The notes: a model not told the origin generated them from the sequence alone. Positions 1 through 10,639 are shown, numbered from the stretch's first letter. The stretch: 64,000 bases of DNA from an uncultured Pseudomonadota bacterium (GCA_963843375.1 CAWJKT010000004.1:352001-416000); one strand, 5' to 3'. Translations and numbers: made by a program.

Positions 1-1997
1 CAAAGGGACAGGTGCGTTCCATAAGCAACATCGGGTTGATCTACGAGTATGGCCGGGGGGTAAACCAAGATTACGCCGAGGCCTTGAGGTGGTTTCGGAA
101 GTCGGCGGAGATGGGCTACTCTGACGCCGAATACCAACTCGGGGTGATGTATGAAAACGGCTGGGGCGTGCCGAAGGACGATATCCAGGCCGTGGGTTGG
201 TTTCAGAAAGCCGCGGACCTTGGGCTTACTTACGCCCAGGAAAAACTGGCTTATAAATTTGAAATGGGCCAAGGGGTCCCCCAGGACAACGCCAAGGCCA
301 TGCTTTGGTACCAAAAAGCGGCGGAGGAAGGAAGCGGCTACGCAAAGGAGGAATTGGGAATCTTCTACCAATTCGGAAACGGTGTTCCCCAGGATTATTC
401 CAAGGCTGTCAGCCTGTTCCAGGAATCTGCCGAAGCGGGGGACAAGTTTGGCCAAAGCAAAATGGGCGACATGGCTCTGCACGGATGGGGCGTGCCAAAA
501 GATTATGCAAAAGCCGCCGAGTGGTACCAAAAATCAGCCGAACAAGGACTTCCGGTGGCCTATTCCCAATTGGGAGACCTCTACCGTTATGGTTTGGGAG
601 TTCCAGTGGATTTGGCCCAGTCCCTGAAGTGGTACCGAAAAGCTGCGGACTTGGGTTACGCCAATGCCATGGACATGGTGGCTTCTTATTATCTGGAAGG
701 GCGGGCGGGGGTCTCCAAAGATGACGCCCAAGCCGCCAAGTGGTACGAAAGGGGCGCGGACCTGGGGAGCGTGGAATGCGAATGTGGCCTGGCCGGCTGT
801 TTCGCCGCCGGGGCGGGCGTTTCACAAGATTACTCTCAAGCCTTGAAATGGTACCAAAAAGCCGCGAACAGGGACTGGCCCCCGGGTCAAGGCGAAGTGG
901 GTTTTTACTATATGGAAGGCTGGGGCACAACCCAGGATTACAGCCAAGCCATGACTTGGTTCCAAAAGGCCGCCGCCCGGAACGACCATTTCTCCCAAAA
1001 CAAGATTGCCCTGATGTATGAGAATGGCTGGGGAGTCCCGAAGGACGATACTCAAGCTTTAAAATGGTACCAACTGGCCGCGGATCAGGGGGACACGGCC
1101 TCCCAGGTCAGCCTGGGGCACTTCTATGAATGGGGCCGGGGTGTTCCCAAAGACCATAAGGAATCTATGAAATGGTTCCAAAAGGCTGCCGACTTGGGAA
1201 ATTCTAACGGCCAATATGAGGTGGGGGAGAATTATGAAATAGGCCGAGGAGTGAAGAAGGACGAAGAACGGGCGATGGTTTGGTTTCTAAAAGCCGCGAA
1301 ACAGGGACAGCCGGAAGCCGAAGTTAGAATCGGGATGAGGTATATGGAAGGCCGGGGTGTTCCAAAGGATTATGGAAAGGCCCGCGATTGGTTCCGGAAA
1401 GCCGCAGACCGGGAATGGGTTCCGGCTTTCCGGTTGTTGGCGTTGCTCTATAAAAACGGCCGGGGGGTAGGCAAGGACAATGCGGAAGCCCTGAAGTGGC
1501 TGCTCAAGGGGGCGGACAAAAACGACCTCGGTTCCGAGTACCTTTTGGGGACTTATTACCGCGATGGGCTTGGCGTCCCCCGGGATTACACGCAAGCGGG
1601 TAAGTGGTTTCAAAAAGGGGCGGAGGGAGGAAATCCCGGTTCTATGGAAGGACTCGGATTACTCTACGAACATGGATGGGGGGTGGCCGTGGATTATGAC
1701 CAGGCTCGGACCTGGTACCAGAAGGCCTTGGACAAGGGTTTCAAAAAGGCTTCGGAGGATTTGGATCGCGTCCAATATCTGGTGAGGTTGGACCACCCGG
1801 CGTTTTCGGTAGGTACCCCGGGGGAGACTCCCGGCCCGGCACCGGATTTGACCGCCGTTCCAAACGAAACACACGCTGCCCAGGGCGAAAACACAACGGA
1901 GCTCAATGAGGATTCCACGCCAACAGATGAGTCCCAGCCGATGAGAAAGGTCACTCCCGATTCGGCCCCTACAACAGCAACCCCGACCGAGCCGTAA
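1..1997 (+). CDS. Sel1-like (SLR/TPR) repeat protein, 5'-truncated by the window edge, with a Pro/Thr-rich C-terminal tail
   Basis: About 16 tandem ~36-aa repeats of the form A-Q-x-x-LG-x-x-Y-x-x-G-x-GVPxD-x-x-x-A-x-x-W(F/Y)xKAA. The frame is open from the window start. The tail ends SAPTTATPTEP. Confidence 0.95.
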   Translation, partial: KGQVRSISNIGLIYEYGRGVNQDYAEALRWFRKSAEMGYSDAEYQLGVMYENGWGVPKDDIQAVGWFQKAADLGLTYAQEKLAYKFEMGQGVPQDNAKAMLWYQKAAEEGSGYAKEELGIFYQFGNGVPQDYSKAVSLFQESAEAGDKFGQSKMGDMALHGWGVPKDYAKAAEWYQKSAEQGLPVAYSQLGDLYRYGLGVPVDLAQSLKWYRKAADLGYANAMDMVASYYLEGRAGVSKDDAQAAKWYERGADLGSVECECGLAGCFAAGAGVSQDYSQALKWYQKAANRDWPPGQGEVGFYYMEGWGTTQDYSQAMTWFQKAAARNDHFSQNKIALMYENGWGVPKDDTQALKWYQLAADQGDTASQVSLGHFYEWGRGVPKDHKESMKWFQKAADLGNSNGQYEVGENYEIGRGVKKDEERAMVWFLKAAKQGQPEAEVRIGMRYMEGRGVPKDYGKARDWFRKAADREWVPAFRLLALLYKNGRGVGKDNAEALKWLLKGADKNDLGSEYLLGTYYRDGLGVPRDYTQAGKWFQKGAEGGNPGSMEGLGLLYEHGWGVAVDYDQARTWYQKALDKGFKKASEDLDRVQYLVRLDHPAFSVGTPGETPGPAPDLTAVPNETHAAQGENTTELNEDSTPTDESQPMRKVTPDSAPTTATPTEP

Positions 1998-2019
1998 ACA
2001 GGCGGGGATTGGGGCCCGG

Positions 2020-2370
2020 CTAGTTGTTTCTCTTCTCGCTGAACGCCTTGATACCTTGGCGTAGAAGTTGGTCCATGAGTAAAAATTGGATTCCACTATG
2101 GTTGTCATAGGACCATATAATTCTTCCATAGGCTTCCACGGGCTGGCTTTTCCCGAACTCAAAATTTAATTTAAGGAGGAAATCGCGGTCGAAACAATAG
2201 GCGACTTCGAGCCTTACCCCCGCATTACTGATATCATTGGCCCAAGCGTCTATGGAATTGTTTTGAACTTCGTAAATATGACCTGATTTGGAGGGGAAAA
2301 CGGGAAAAATTTGAACCGATTTTTGAAATTCAAAGCGATTGTATCGACGTTTTTCCACAAGATGTTGCAC
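2020..2370 (-). CDS. PilZ domain protein (c-di-GMP binding)
   Basis: RxxxR motif (EKRRYNRF) and D/NxSxxG motif (DISNAG); 116 aa. Confidence 0.8.
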   Translation of the reverse strand: MQHLVEKRRYNRFEFQKSVQIFPVFPSKSGHIYEVQNNSIDAWANDISNAGVRLEVAYCFDRDFLLKLNFEFGKSQPVEAYGRIIWSYDNHSGIQFLLMDQLLRQGIKAFSEKRNN

Positions 2371-2554
2371 AAGCCGTCCATTTTAAAAAGGGTTTTCCCA
2401 GAGGAAACGTTCAGTTCAGGCAACAGATCATCTTTCGCTTATTTTATCGCTTCTATTTCATCTTTCCACCTCATTGATGAAAATTTTGTTCCAGAATGTG
2501 GAAAAATTAACTCAGCTATTTTCTGATTCCATTTTTCGAAGTTTAGCGAAAAGT

Positions 2555-3393
2555 TCAAGCCTTTTTCGCCTTCGAGTAGCCCAATGACCAGTCTTTACCC
2601 AGGACCGCCACAGTCCCCATCCATAAAAAACAAAAAAGAACCTGAATGGCTTCGAAGCGGTTGCTATGAACCGTGATGGTTCCGATCATATTGCAGGCGA
2701 AATGGAAAAGAATGGCCGAGAGGATACTGCGCCCCGTGTTATTGTAGATCCAGGTCATGAGGGGACAAACCGATACCACCTGCGCGAGGAAAAGCCAAAA
2801 GCCGACGGTACCGAATCCCAATGTGTTTTGATAGGACCCTCCAACAAAAAAAAGGGGCAGATGCCATAAGCCCCAGAGTAATCCCAACAGAAGGCTCGCT
2901 ACCCAGGGTCCCATATTTTGCTGCAAGCGATCCAAAGCGTAACCCCGCCAGCCTATTTCCTCCGGCAGGGGCCCGAACAAAAGAAAAAAACACAACAGGA
3001 CCGGCAACATCAAGACCAGAGTCAGGGGGGAGTCGAAGTGAAAGACCTGGAGGTCTAGTTGGAATCCGGGGCCTCCCAAGAGTCCGTTGATTTCACCCGC
3101 AACCCAGCTCAAGCAGGGGACGGTGAAAAGGGCCATAGCCCACCAAAAAAGATTGAGGTTCCTCCAATCCCATATCCGGCGCAGGTAATCCCGAAATTCA
3201 TTTTTTCCGTTGTTTTTGTAAGTGAAATAGGCCCCGAAAAGGGGGGTCCCAAACCTCCCAAGCCGAATCCAACCTGGGTGATCAAGTGATGGTCGTCCAA
3301 CCCTAGGAGTGCCGTGGGAATCCAAAAGAGCCAGCTCCAGGCGAAGGTCAGGATGAAATAGGCCAAGCCGGAGAATTTTCTTTGGTCGTTCAT
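2555..3393 (-). CDS. CPBP (CAAX/Rce1-like) intramembrane metalloprotease, one frameshift near 3240
   Basis: EEIGWRG, WGLWHLP and LFHFACN motifs. The N-terminus (MNDQRKF...GGLGP) lies in ORF 3109..3393 and joins the main frame at a G/C homopolymer near 3241. Confidence 0.85.
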
Positions 3394-3477
3394 TTTTTAA
3401 ATTCCTTCTGAAAGGAATTATAGTTTTAATTACTTTCAATCAACAGCTTGGTCATCGTCTTGGTAGCTACTCGGTTT

Positions 3478-3594
3478 GTCGTTGCGAGGAGGCCCTTTGG
3501 CCGACGTGGCAACCTAAGACAATCAACAAACTGCAGTTCCTGGATTGGTTTGGATGGCCACGTCAGCCTATAAATCAGGCTTCCTCGCCATGAC
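3478..3594. repeat. Intergenic palindromic (REP/RPE-like) element
   Basis: Outer arms GTCGTTGCGAGGA / TCCTCGCCATGAC and inner arms GACGTGGC / GCCACGTC form a nested hairpin of about 117 bp. Confidence 0.7.
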
Positions 3595-3650
3595 ATCAAA
3601 CTGATGCATGCATATCGGTTAAGATTTTCATCTTTTTAACACTGCAAATC

Positions 3651-3677
3651 GTAACTTTTCTGGGGGCTTCACCGTAA
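3651..3677 (+). promoter_or_regulatory. Candidate ECF-sigma promoter upstream of dipZ
   Basis: GTAAC (3651-3655), a 17-nt spacer and CGTAA (3673-3677), 36 nt before the ATG at 3714. Confidence 0.35.
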
Positions 3678-3713
3678 CGCAAATCACCCCAAGTTGATAT
3701 GAAAGAGGTGCCC

Positions 3714-5451
3714 ATGCTTTTTCTACTATTCTTCAGTTTCCTGGCCGGTTTTGCGACCATTCTTGCCCCCTGCATTTGGCCATTGTTGCCCCTGGTGCTT
3801 TCGGTTTCCTCCACTGGTGGCAAGAAGAAGCCCTTCGGATTGACTCTGGGGGTGATGACCAGTTTCTCGATTTTCACCCTCTTCGTTTCCTATTTGGAAC
3901 GCTTCCTCCATATAGACGCCAATGTCTTTCGGCTGGTTGCGGTGGTAATCATCAGCCTTTTGGGCGTGTCGCTTCTCTTTCCCTCCTTGGGGGCGAAATT
4001 CGAGAGCCTGGATCAACCAATTTCTCCAGCCCTTGCAAGGCAAACTTCAGGGGCAGGGCGAAGGGCAAGGATTCGGAGCTGGTTACGTGGCGGGTTTCTC
4101 CATCGGCCTAGTCTGGGCGCCTTGTGCTGGACCCATCCTGGCCACCATCGCCACTCTTGGCTGCGACTCAATCGGTGAACTTCCAGGTACTCCTGGTGAC
4201 CCTCACCTATGCGCTGGGTTTGGGTATTCCGCTTGTTCCTGGTATCCCTAGGAGGCTCGGTGATCTTCGCCCGGATGCGCAAGGTGACGAAGTACACGGG
4301 AATCGTCCAGCAGATTTTCGGGGTGATCATGATCGGCGTGGCGGTATTGATTTACACCAATTACGACAAGACGATCCAACTGAAAATTCTCGAGGCTTTT
4401 CCTTCTTATGGAAACCTGGTCAACGGAGTGGAGAACAACAAGATCGTCAACGAGCAATTGGATTCCTTGCGGGGAAGGGCGCCCCGCGACCGGAGACGCC
4501 GCCAGGATGAAGGGAAAACTCACTGACATGGGTCCTGCGCCGGAATTTGCAGGCATCACGAACTGGCTGAACGGCCCGCCTCTGACTCTGGCCCAACTTA
4601 AAGGCAAAGTCGTCCTCGTGGACTTCTGGACCTACAGTTGCATCAACTGCCTGCGCACCCTGCCCAATAACAAGGCCTGGTACCAAAAGTACGGCCCGGA
4701 CAACTTCGTTCTGGTGGGAGTGCATTCGCCCGAGTTCGCCTTCGAGAAGGAAACCGCCAATGTCCAAAAGGCCCTGGGGCAGTTCGGCATCACCTATCCG
4801 GTGGCCCAAGACAATGAATTCAAAACCTGGAACGCCTACCACAACGAGTACTGGCCCGCCGCCTACCTGATCGACGCCCAGGGGCATATCCGCCTCGCCC
4901 ATTTCGGCGAGGGTCATTACGAGGAAATGGACGCCGCTATCCGGATGCTTCTCGCTGAGGCCGGCCACCCCGTTGAGGGGGGAGCGGCCCTGGTGGAGGC
5001 AGCGGGCATTCATTATGACCAAACCCCCGAATCCTATCTGGGGCTGGCACGGCTTGAGCGTTTCGCCTCCCCGGAAAAAGCTACTGAAGGCCTGAAGGCT
5101 TATTCACTCCCGAAAAACCTGGCTCTCCACCATATCGCTTACCAGGGGGAATGGACGCTAAGCGATGAGGCGGCCAAAGCGAACCAAGGTTCGGCTTTGG
5201 AAATTCAATTCAAGGCGGACAAAGTCTACCTCGTGATCGGACCGGCGAAGAAAGGAGACCAGGTCTCCCTGTTCCTGGATGGAAAGGCCATCGGCGACGG
5301 CGCGGGGGTGGATACCGCGAATGGGAAAGTTTTATTGGACACCCACCGGCTTTACAACCTAGTGGACTTGAAGGGGAAGCCGGGCACCCACCGCCTGCGC
5401 CTCGAGTTCCAGAACGCGGGGACCTCCGTCTATTCATTCACTTTCGGCTAA
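3714..5451 (+). CDS. dipZ: DipZ (CcdA/DsbD membrane domain fused to a thioredoxin-like domain and C-terminal domain), four apparent frameshifts
   Basis: LAPCIWPLLP and WAPCAGPIL are the CcdA cysteine motifs; DFWTYSCINC, GVHSPEF and a C-terminal YSFTFG follow. The pieces lie in ORFs 3699, 4033, 4124, 4209 and 4408, with shifts near 4010, 4160, 4235 and 4490. A GAGGTG SD precedes ATG 3714. Confidence 0.85.
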
Positions 5452-5556
5452 AGCTACTCCCAAAAGACACTTGACTCTTTTTCGCCGACACTTTCCGATT
5501 TACTGGGGCGTCTAATAATTACTGAAATAAAATTTGGAAATGAAGCAGGTTCTTTC

Positions 5557-5913
5557 TTGATTGCTTTGTTTAAAACCTTCCGAAAAGCTTTTCTTCCCGC
5601 CTTGATCCTTGCCGGTTCGAGTCCCTTTGTTTTGAACCATTGGGTTCCCGATTCGGGCAGGGCGCCCATGAAGTTCACGCTGCTGATTGCGCCTTTTTCG
5701 GCCCATAACGGAACCGGTCCCTTGGAAAACTCACGCCACAAGATCTGTTGGAAGGCGGAGGACAATGCCGCCCGGGCTCCAAAAGTCTTTATTCAAGCAG
5801 ATTTCTTGGGAACCGGAAGGACATTGGCTCTTCTTTCTGGGAAGATCCAAGTTCCGCCTTTTGCCAATCTTTCCAGCCGTACCCCCGCAGTTCTTTCCAT
5901 TCTACGCCTCTGA
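5557..5913 (+). CDS. Hypothetical protein (possible signal peptide)
   Basis: 118-aa ORF filling the gap between dipZ and ptsH, with a hydrophobic N-terminus; no family recognised. Confidence 0.3.
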   Translation: MIALFKTFRKAFLPALILAGSSPFVLNHWVPDSGRAPMKFTLLIAPFSAHNGTGPLENSRHKICWKAEDNAARAPKVFIQADFLGTGRTLALLSGKIQVPPFANLSSRTPAVLSILRL

Positions 5914-6022
5914 TCTTTTCCTGAATTCAAGTCCGCTTTTGATTTAAAGGCGGAGCCACACCCTTTTCGCCTAACCCATGTAATAACCTTCAAAACAACT
6001 CTTTTAATCTGAGGAGGAATCC

Positions 6023-6295
6023 ATGCAATTACTCGAAACCGTCACCGTTCGAATTCCAAACGGGCTTCACCTGCGGGCCGCCGCCCATTTGGTTGAGATC
6101 GTCCACCAGTTCCAGAGCCATATCAAAGTCCAAAAGGACAACAAAAGGGTCGATGCCCGGAGTCTCTTGAGCCTCCTGACTTTGGCCGCCACGCCGGGAA
6201 GTGAGCTTGTGTTTTATCTTGATGGCGAGGACGCCCCCGAAGCCGCAAAGACCATTCGGGACTATTTGGAACGAAAGGGGGCAAAGGAAATATAA
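6023..6295 (+). CDS. ptsH: HPr family phosphocarrier protein
   Basis: NGLHLRAA (His15 site) and VDARSLLSLL (Ser46 site); GAGGAGG SD; 90 aa. Confidence 0.92.
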   Translation: MQLLETVTVRIPNGLHLRAAAHLVEIVHQFQSHIKVQKDNKRVDARSLLSLLTLAATPGSELVFYLDGEDAPEAAKTIRDYLERKGAKEI

Positions 6296-6307
6296 AAGGG
6301 ATTAGTC

Positions 6308-7399
6308 TTACAAAAGGCGGGCCCCATTACCCATTTTGGGATAATCGGTATAACCCTTTTCACTACCGCCATAATAAGTGGCGGGGTCAGCTTGGTTGAG
6401 AATGGCTTTTTGATCGAAGCGTTCCGGTAAATCCGGGTTGGCGAGAAACAGTGTTCCGTAAGACACCAAATCGGCTCCACCTTTCTCAATGATCTCGTTT
6501 CCTAATTTGACGTCATAGCCTCCGTTGACCATGTAAGCCTGCTGGAAAACCTTTCGCAATATCGGAGTCAGGAGAACCGTTCCTGCTGGAGGTTTCCGAG
6601 GTCCAGCAGCCCCTTCGGCGATGCAAAGATAAGCCAGTTTGAGCAGGTTGAGTTCCTGGGTGAGGCGGGTGAAAGTCTCAACGGGATCGGTGTCGGACAT
6701 GGAATAATGGTCGAAATAAGGGGCGATCTTGTATCCCACCCTTTCCGGGCCCCAAACGTCGATGACGGCTTTGGTTACCTCCAATGGGAAACGCAGGCGA
6801 TTCTCCAGACTTCCGCCGTAAGCGTCAGTACGGTGATTGGAACCGGTCTTGGTGAATTGGTCCAACAGATAACCGTTGGCGCCGTGAATCTCGACACCGT
6901 CAAAACCCGCCGCCATGGCATTTTCAGCGCCTTTCTTGAATTGTTCAACCACTTGGGGAATTTCGGAAAGTTCCAAGGCCCGGGGAGTCTCGATTTTCTT
7001 TTTTCCAAGAGGGGTGAAAAGCTCCCCCGCCACTGGAAGGGCCGAGGGTGCGACCGGAAGCTTGCCGCTATGGAAATCCGGGTGGGAAACCCGGCCCACG
7101 TGCCAAAGCTGGAGGAACATCCTTCCGCCGGCTTGGTGGACCGCGTCAGTGACCTTGATCCAGCCCTTGACCTGTTCGTCGGAGTGGATGCCCGGGGTAT
7201 TGGGATAGCCTTGGCCCATGGGGGTCACCTGGGTGGCTTCGGAAACAATGAGCCCCGCTGAGGCCCTTTGGGAATAGTAAGTCACCGCTAGGGGATTGGG
7301 AACATTTCCTTCGACCGCCCTGCAACGGGTAAGAGCCGACATGGTCATCCGGTTGGGAAGCTCAAGTGGGCCCAGCCTGAAAGAAGATAAAAGTTTCAC
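6308..7399 (-). CDS. nemA: Alkene reductase, Old Yellow Enzyme (NemA/XenB-like)
   Basis: LTRCRA, QLWHVGR, GFDGVEIHGANGYLLDQF, ANPDLP and GYTDYP motifs. Confidence 0.92.
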   Translation of the reverse strand: MKLLSSFRLGPLELPNRMTMSALTRCRAVEGNVPNPLAVTYYSQRASAGLIVSEATQVTPMGQGYPNTPGIHSDEQVKGWIKVTDAVHQAGGRMFLQLWHVGRVSHPDFHSGKLPVAPSALPVAGELFTPLGKKKIETPRALELSEIPQVVEQFKKGAENAMAAGFDGVEIHGANGYLLDQFTKTGSNHRTDAYGGSLENRLRFPLEVTKAVIDVWGPERVGYKIAPYFDHYSMSDTDPVETFTRLTQELNLLKLAYLCIAEGAAGPRKPPAGTVLLTPILRKVFQQAYMVNGGYDVKLGNEIIEKGGADLVSYGTLFLANPDLPERFDQKAILNQADPATYYGGSEKGYTDYPKMGNGARLL

Positions 7400-7561
7400 G
7401 ACGGCTCCTTTAATTGGGAAAATGGAAAGTAGTCTTTTATACCCGCCTCTTGTTTAGATAGATAGCCAGGCTGCGAGGTTTATGCGCAAAAGGAGTAACG
7501 GAAAAGTAACTAGCCTTTTTTGGATACCCCTGGGGGAAGCCCTGACAAAGTTTCAAGAGTT

Positions 7562-8092
7562 TTAATGGGGTGTGGCTAAAGTGGAGGGGTAAAGGGAAGT
7601 AGTTTGGTGGCAATAGGTGCAAGCCATCAGGGTTTGGTCGTAACTTTTTTCGAAAGAAAGTGAATCGTGGTTTTGGATAGCTTTCCCCAAGGGTTCGATT
7701 TCGGACCGGACCGAGGAATCCAGGAGACTTGAAATATCCACTTTTTTCTTGATGGCATGCAGACTCTCGGCGGCTTCAATGGCATCCTTGAGCTTGATGA
7801 GTTCCCGGTCCGCCGAGACCCAGTCGAGGGCTTTGACGTCTAGTCGGAGCCTGGTCATGCAGACCTGCATGGCCATCATGTTCATTTGCAAGGCGGGGAC
7901 CGGTTTTTGAAATGAATTTATTTTTTGTGAGACCAAGAGAGCCTTTTGAAGTTTTTGATAGTCGCTCCATTCCTTGAAAAGCAACATCACCGTGAAAATC
8001 GATGCGGCCATAGCGATAATCTGGTATTTCTTTTTCTTGTTTCTTCTTGAAGCGACCATTTTTTCCTCCGGCCGGGCTAGACGAGCTTTCAC
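7562..8092 (-). CDS. Membrane-anchored monoheme c-type cytochrome (helical, cytochrome c'-like)
   Basis: An N-terminal TM segment follows a Lys-rich stretch; CTYCH heme motif near the C-terminus. Confidence 0.55.
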   Translation of the reverse strand: MKARLARPEEKMVASRRNKKKKYQIIAMAASIFTVMLLFKEWSDYQKLQKALLVSQKINSFQKPVPALQMNMMAMQVCMTRLRLDVKALDWVSADRELIKLKDAIEAAESLHAIKKKVDISSLLDSSVRSEIEPLGKAIQNHDSLSFEKSYDQTLMACTYCHQTTSLYPSTLATPH

Positions 8093-8110
8093 GCTAGAAA
8101 CGAAAAAATT

Positions 8111-9394
8111 TTATTCGATTCCAAAGCGAAAGTTAAACTCGGATTTCCGCCCCCAAAAATATACCGCCAAAGCCCCCAAAGAACAGAAAAGGCCGCCCGC
8201 CTGGAGGGCGTGACCCGATCCCACTCTTTGGGCGATGACGCCCATCCAAAAACTGCCAATGGGCATGCCTCCGCCGAAGACCAAGGCCCAAATACCCATC
8301 AAGCGGCCTCGAAGCTCATTGGGTGACTCGGTCTGGATCAAGCTGTTGCCGACGGAAAAAAACAATACCAGTCCGAACCCTGCGAAAAAAAGGAAGAAGG
8401 AAGCGCTCACGGGAGCGTGTTGGAAGCCGAATAGAATAATCGAAAAACTGAAGATAAAGGCCCCAACATAGAGGCTGCGCTGCCTGACCAGGACCACTCC
8501 CATCGTCGCCACCGTGAGGGCGGCCACGCAGGCACCCAGGCCGGTCATGGCTAAAAGCCAGCCATAGGTCGAGGAGTCCATGTTCAGTTGAACCCGCACG
8601 AAGGCGGAAACCTGCGAAATATAAGCCCACCCACCCACGCTCAAGACAAAAAGAAGCGACACGGCCCTTCCCACTTTCGGATTCTTTTTGAGGTAATGGA
8701 ATCCTTCGAACAAATGTCGCAGGCCTTTGACTGAAGGCCTAGGGTTGAAAGGCGGCAGTTGGATGCGGTAAATGGCGTAAAGCACCGCGACATAACTGAA
8801 AGCGTCCAGGAAAAAACACCAGGAAGCCCCTAAGGAAGTCAGAATACCGCCAAGGGCATAGCCGATGACCCGGGTGGAATTGACCATGGCGCTATTAAGG
8901 GCGATGGCGTTCACTAGGTCCCTTTTTCCCACCAATTCGATAATCAACGACTGTCGGGCGGGCATCTCGAAGGCTGTGGACAGGCCCCAGAAGAAGGAGA
9001 AAAGAAAAAGGAGAACAATACTCACGGTTCCTTTCAGAAAAAGCAAAGCAATCAGCAGAGACGAAAGGAGGGAAAACCAACTGGTAAAGGTGAAAATCCT
9101 GATTTTGGGCAGTCGGTCCGCTAAGAAGCCCCCGTAAGTGGAGAAAAGGAGGATTGGAAGGGAGTTCAAAGTAAAGGTCATTCCCAGCATGAATTCGGAG
9201 TGGGTCACCTGGAAGGCCAGCCATCCCAGGGCGGTTGTGCGGGCCCAGGTGCCGATGAGGGAAAGGGCCTGGCCCGCGTAAAAGTAACGGTAATTGATGT
9301 TTCGAAATGCCACGAAAGTCCTACGCCAGCCTTCTACCGGGGGAAGACCCTCTTCCAGGGAGTCGGGAAAATTTATCTTTTTAGAATCTTCCAT
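8111..9394 (-). CDS. MFS transporter (DHA3/DUF894-like)
   Basis: About 12 hydrophobic segments; GQALSLIGTW, GGFLADR, MPARQS, NAIALNS and LRGRLMG motifs. Confidence 0.9.
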   Translation of the reverse strand: MEDSKKINFPDSLEEGLPPVEGWRRTFVAFRNINYRYFYAGQALSLIGTWARTTALGWLAFQVTHSEFMLGMTFTLNSLPILLFSTYGGFLADRLPKIRIFTFTSWFSLLSSLLIALLFLKGTVSIVLLFLFSFFWGLSTAFEMPARQSLIIELVGKRDLVNAIALNSAMVNSTRVIGYALGGILTSLGASWCFFLDAFSYVAVLYAIYRIQLPPFNPRPSVKGLRHLFEGFHYLKKNPKVGRAVSLLFVLSVGGWAYISQVSAFVRVQLNMDSSTYGWLLAMTGLGACVAALTVATMGVVLVRQRSLYVGAFIFSFSIILFGFQHAPVSASFFLFFAGFGLVLFFSVGNSLIQTESPNELRGRLMGIWALVFGGGMPIGSFWMGVIAQRVGSGHALQAGGLFCSLGALAVYFWGRKSEFNFRFGIE

Positions 9395-9412
9395 AACTAT
9401 TTGATTACTCTT

Positions 9413-10639
9413 TCAATGGGGTTCGGTAAAGTTCAAGTCGGTGCCGTAAGTTTCACGGATATTCCTTAAAGCCAGGAAAGCCATCACCAGGACTCCTAAG
9501 CCTATCCAGGCGGTCGCCCCCAAAGTTCCCCAACCAGGCGTCAGTCTTTTAAAGGCAAGAGTCAAAAGGATGGCGGATCCCCGCACGAAATTGGGCGCGG
9601 TGGTGGTGACCGTGGCGCGGATATTGGTGCCGAATTGTTCGGTGAGCGAGACGATGGCCACCGCCCAGTACCCTGCGGAAAAGCCGAGACCTAAGCAGAA
9701 CCCGTAAAAAATCCCCAGGGAAATTCCCGCCCAGAGATGAAAAGCGAGGATGAATAAAGAATTGAGGACTAAAAAGGAATAGATCACTTTTTTACGGTTT
9801 TTAAAAATTTGGCTTAAAGAACCGCTCACGAAATCCCCGGCGGTCAGGCCCAGATAAGCGAAAAAAATGGATTTTCCCGCGACCGGAGGTGGTGCCAACC
9901 GAAAAGCCTGGCCGATTTCCGGGGAAAAGGTCATCAAGACTCCCGCTACATACCATACCGGCAGGGCCGCCAGCACGAAACTGAAGTAGATCACGCTTTT
10001 TCTGGGGGAAGTGAAAAGGCCGAAAAAATTTCCCCGCTCCACCGGTTTGTCCAGAAGTTGGCGAAACATTCCCGACTCGTAGACCCCCAGGCGAAGGATC
10101 AATAGTACCAGGCCCATGCCCCCGCCCACGAAAAAGGCAGCGCGCCAATCAAAGGTTTGGCCCACCAGGCAAGCCACCGCGACTCCCGTCACGCCGGTCG
10201 TGGCGATGATAGTCGTGCCCCATCCACGGGATTCATTTGACATAATCTCGGATACCAGCGTGATCCCCGCACCCAATTCGCCCGCCAAGCCCACGCCGGC
10301 CAAGAACCGGAGCCAACGGTAGGTTTCCAAGGAGTCCACGAAACCGTTGGCAATGTTGGCGATGGAATACAGGAGGATGGAACCGAATAATACCGAAAGT
10401 CGGCCCCTTTTGTCCCCCAGGATACCCCAAAAAATTCCACCCAGGAGAAGCCCGGTCAATTGCCAATTCAACAGTTCCACGCCAAGGCCGAAGACATCTG
10501 AAGCCGCCACGCCGATTCCCAACAGGCTTTTCGTGCGGATGATGGAAAAAAGCATGATGTCGTAGGCGTCAACGAAATAGCCGAGGGCGGCCACGAAAAC
10601 GGCAAGAGCGATTTTGGAAGGCCTGAGGGAAAAGGACAT
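9413..10639 (-). CDS. MFS transporter (aromatic acid/sugar porter-like)
   Basis: GYFVDAYD, GILGDKRGR (motif A), RFLAGVGLAGELG and EQFGTNIRAT motifs. Confidence 0.9.
   Translation of the reverse strand: MSFSLRPSKIALAVFVAALGYFVDAYDIMLFSIIRTKSLLGIGVAASDVFGLGVELLNWQLTGLLLGGIFWGILGDKRGRLSVLFGSILLYSIANIANGFVDSLETYRWLRFLAGVGLAGELGAGITLVSEIMSNESRGWGTTIIATTGVTGVAVACLVGQTFDWRAAFFVGGGMGLVLLILRLGVYESGMFRQLLDKPVERGNFFGLFTSPRKSVIYFSFVLAALPVWYVAGVLMTFSPEIGQAFRLAPPPVAGKSIFFAYLGLTAGDFVSGSLSQIFKNRKKVIYSFLVLNSLFILAFHLWAGISLGIFYGFCLGLGFSAGYWAVAIVSLTEQFGTNIRATVTTTAPNFVRGSAILLTLAFKRLTPGWGTLGATAWIGLGVLVMAFLALRNIRETYGTDLNFTEPH

Noticed and set aside
2555..3393. CPBP (Abi-named) protein as phage defence
   Set aside because: The family name is historical. 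The motifs are those of an ordinary intramembrane protease and no defence genes are nearby.
3714..5451. Programmed frameshifting in dipZ and the other split genes
   Set aside because: There are several shifts per gene at unrelated positions with no consistent slippery motif. Sequence error is the simpler explanation.
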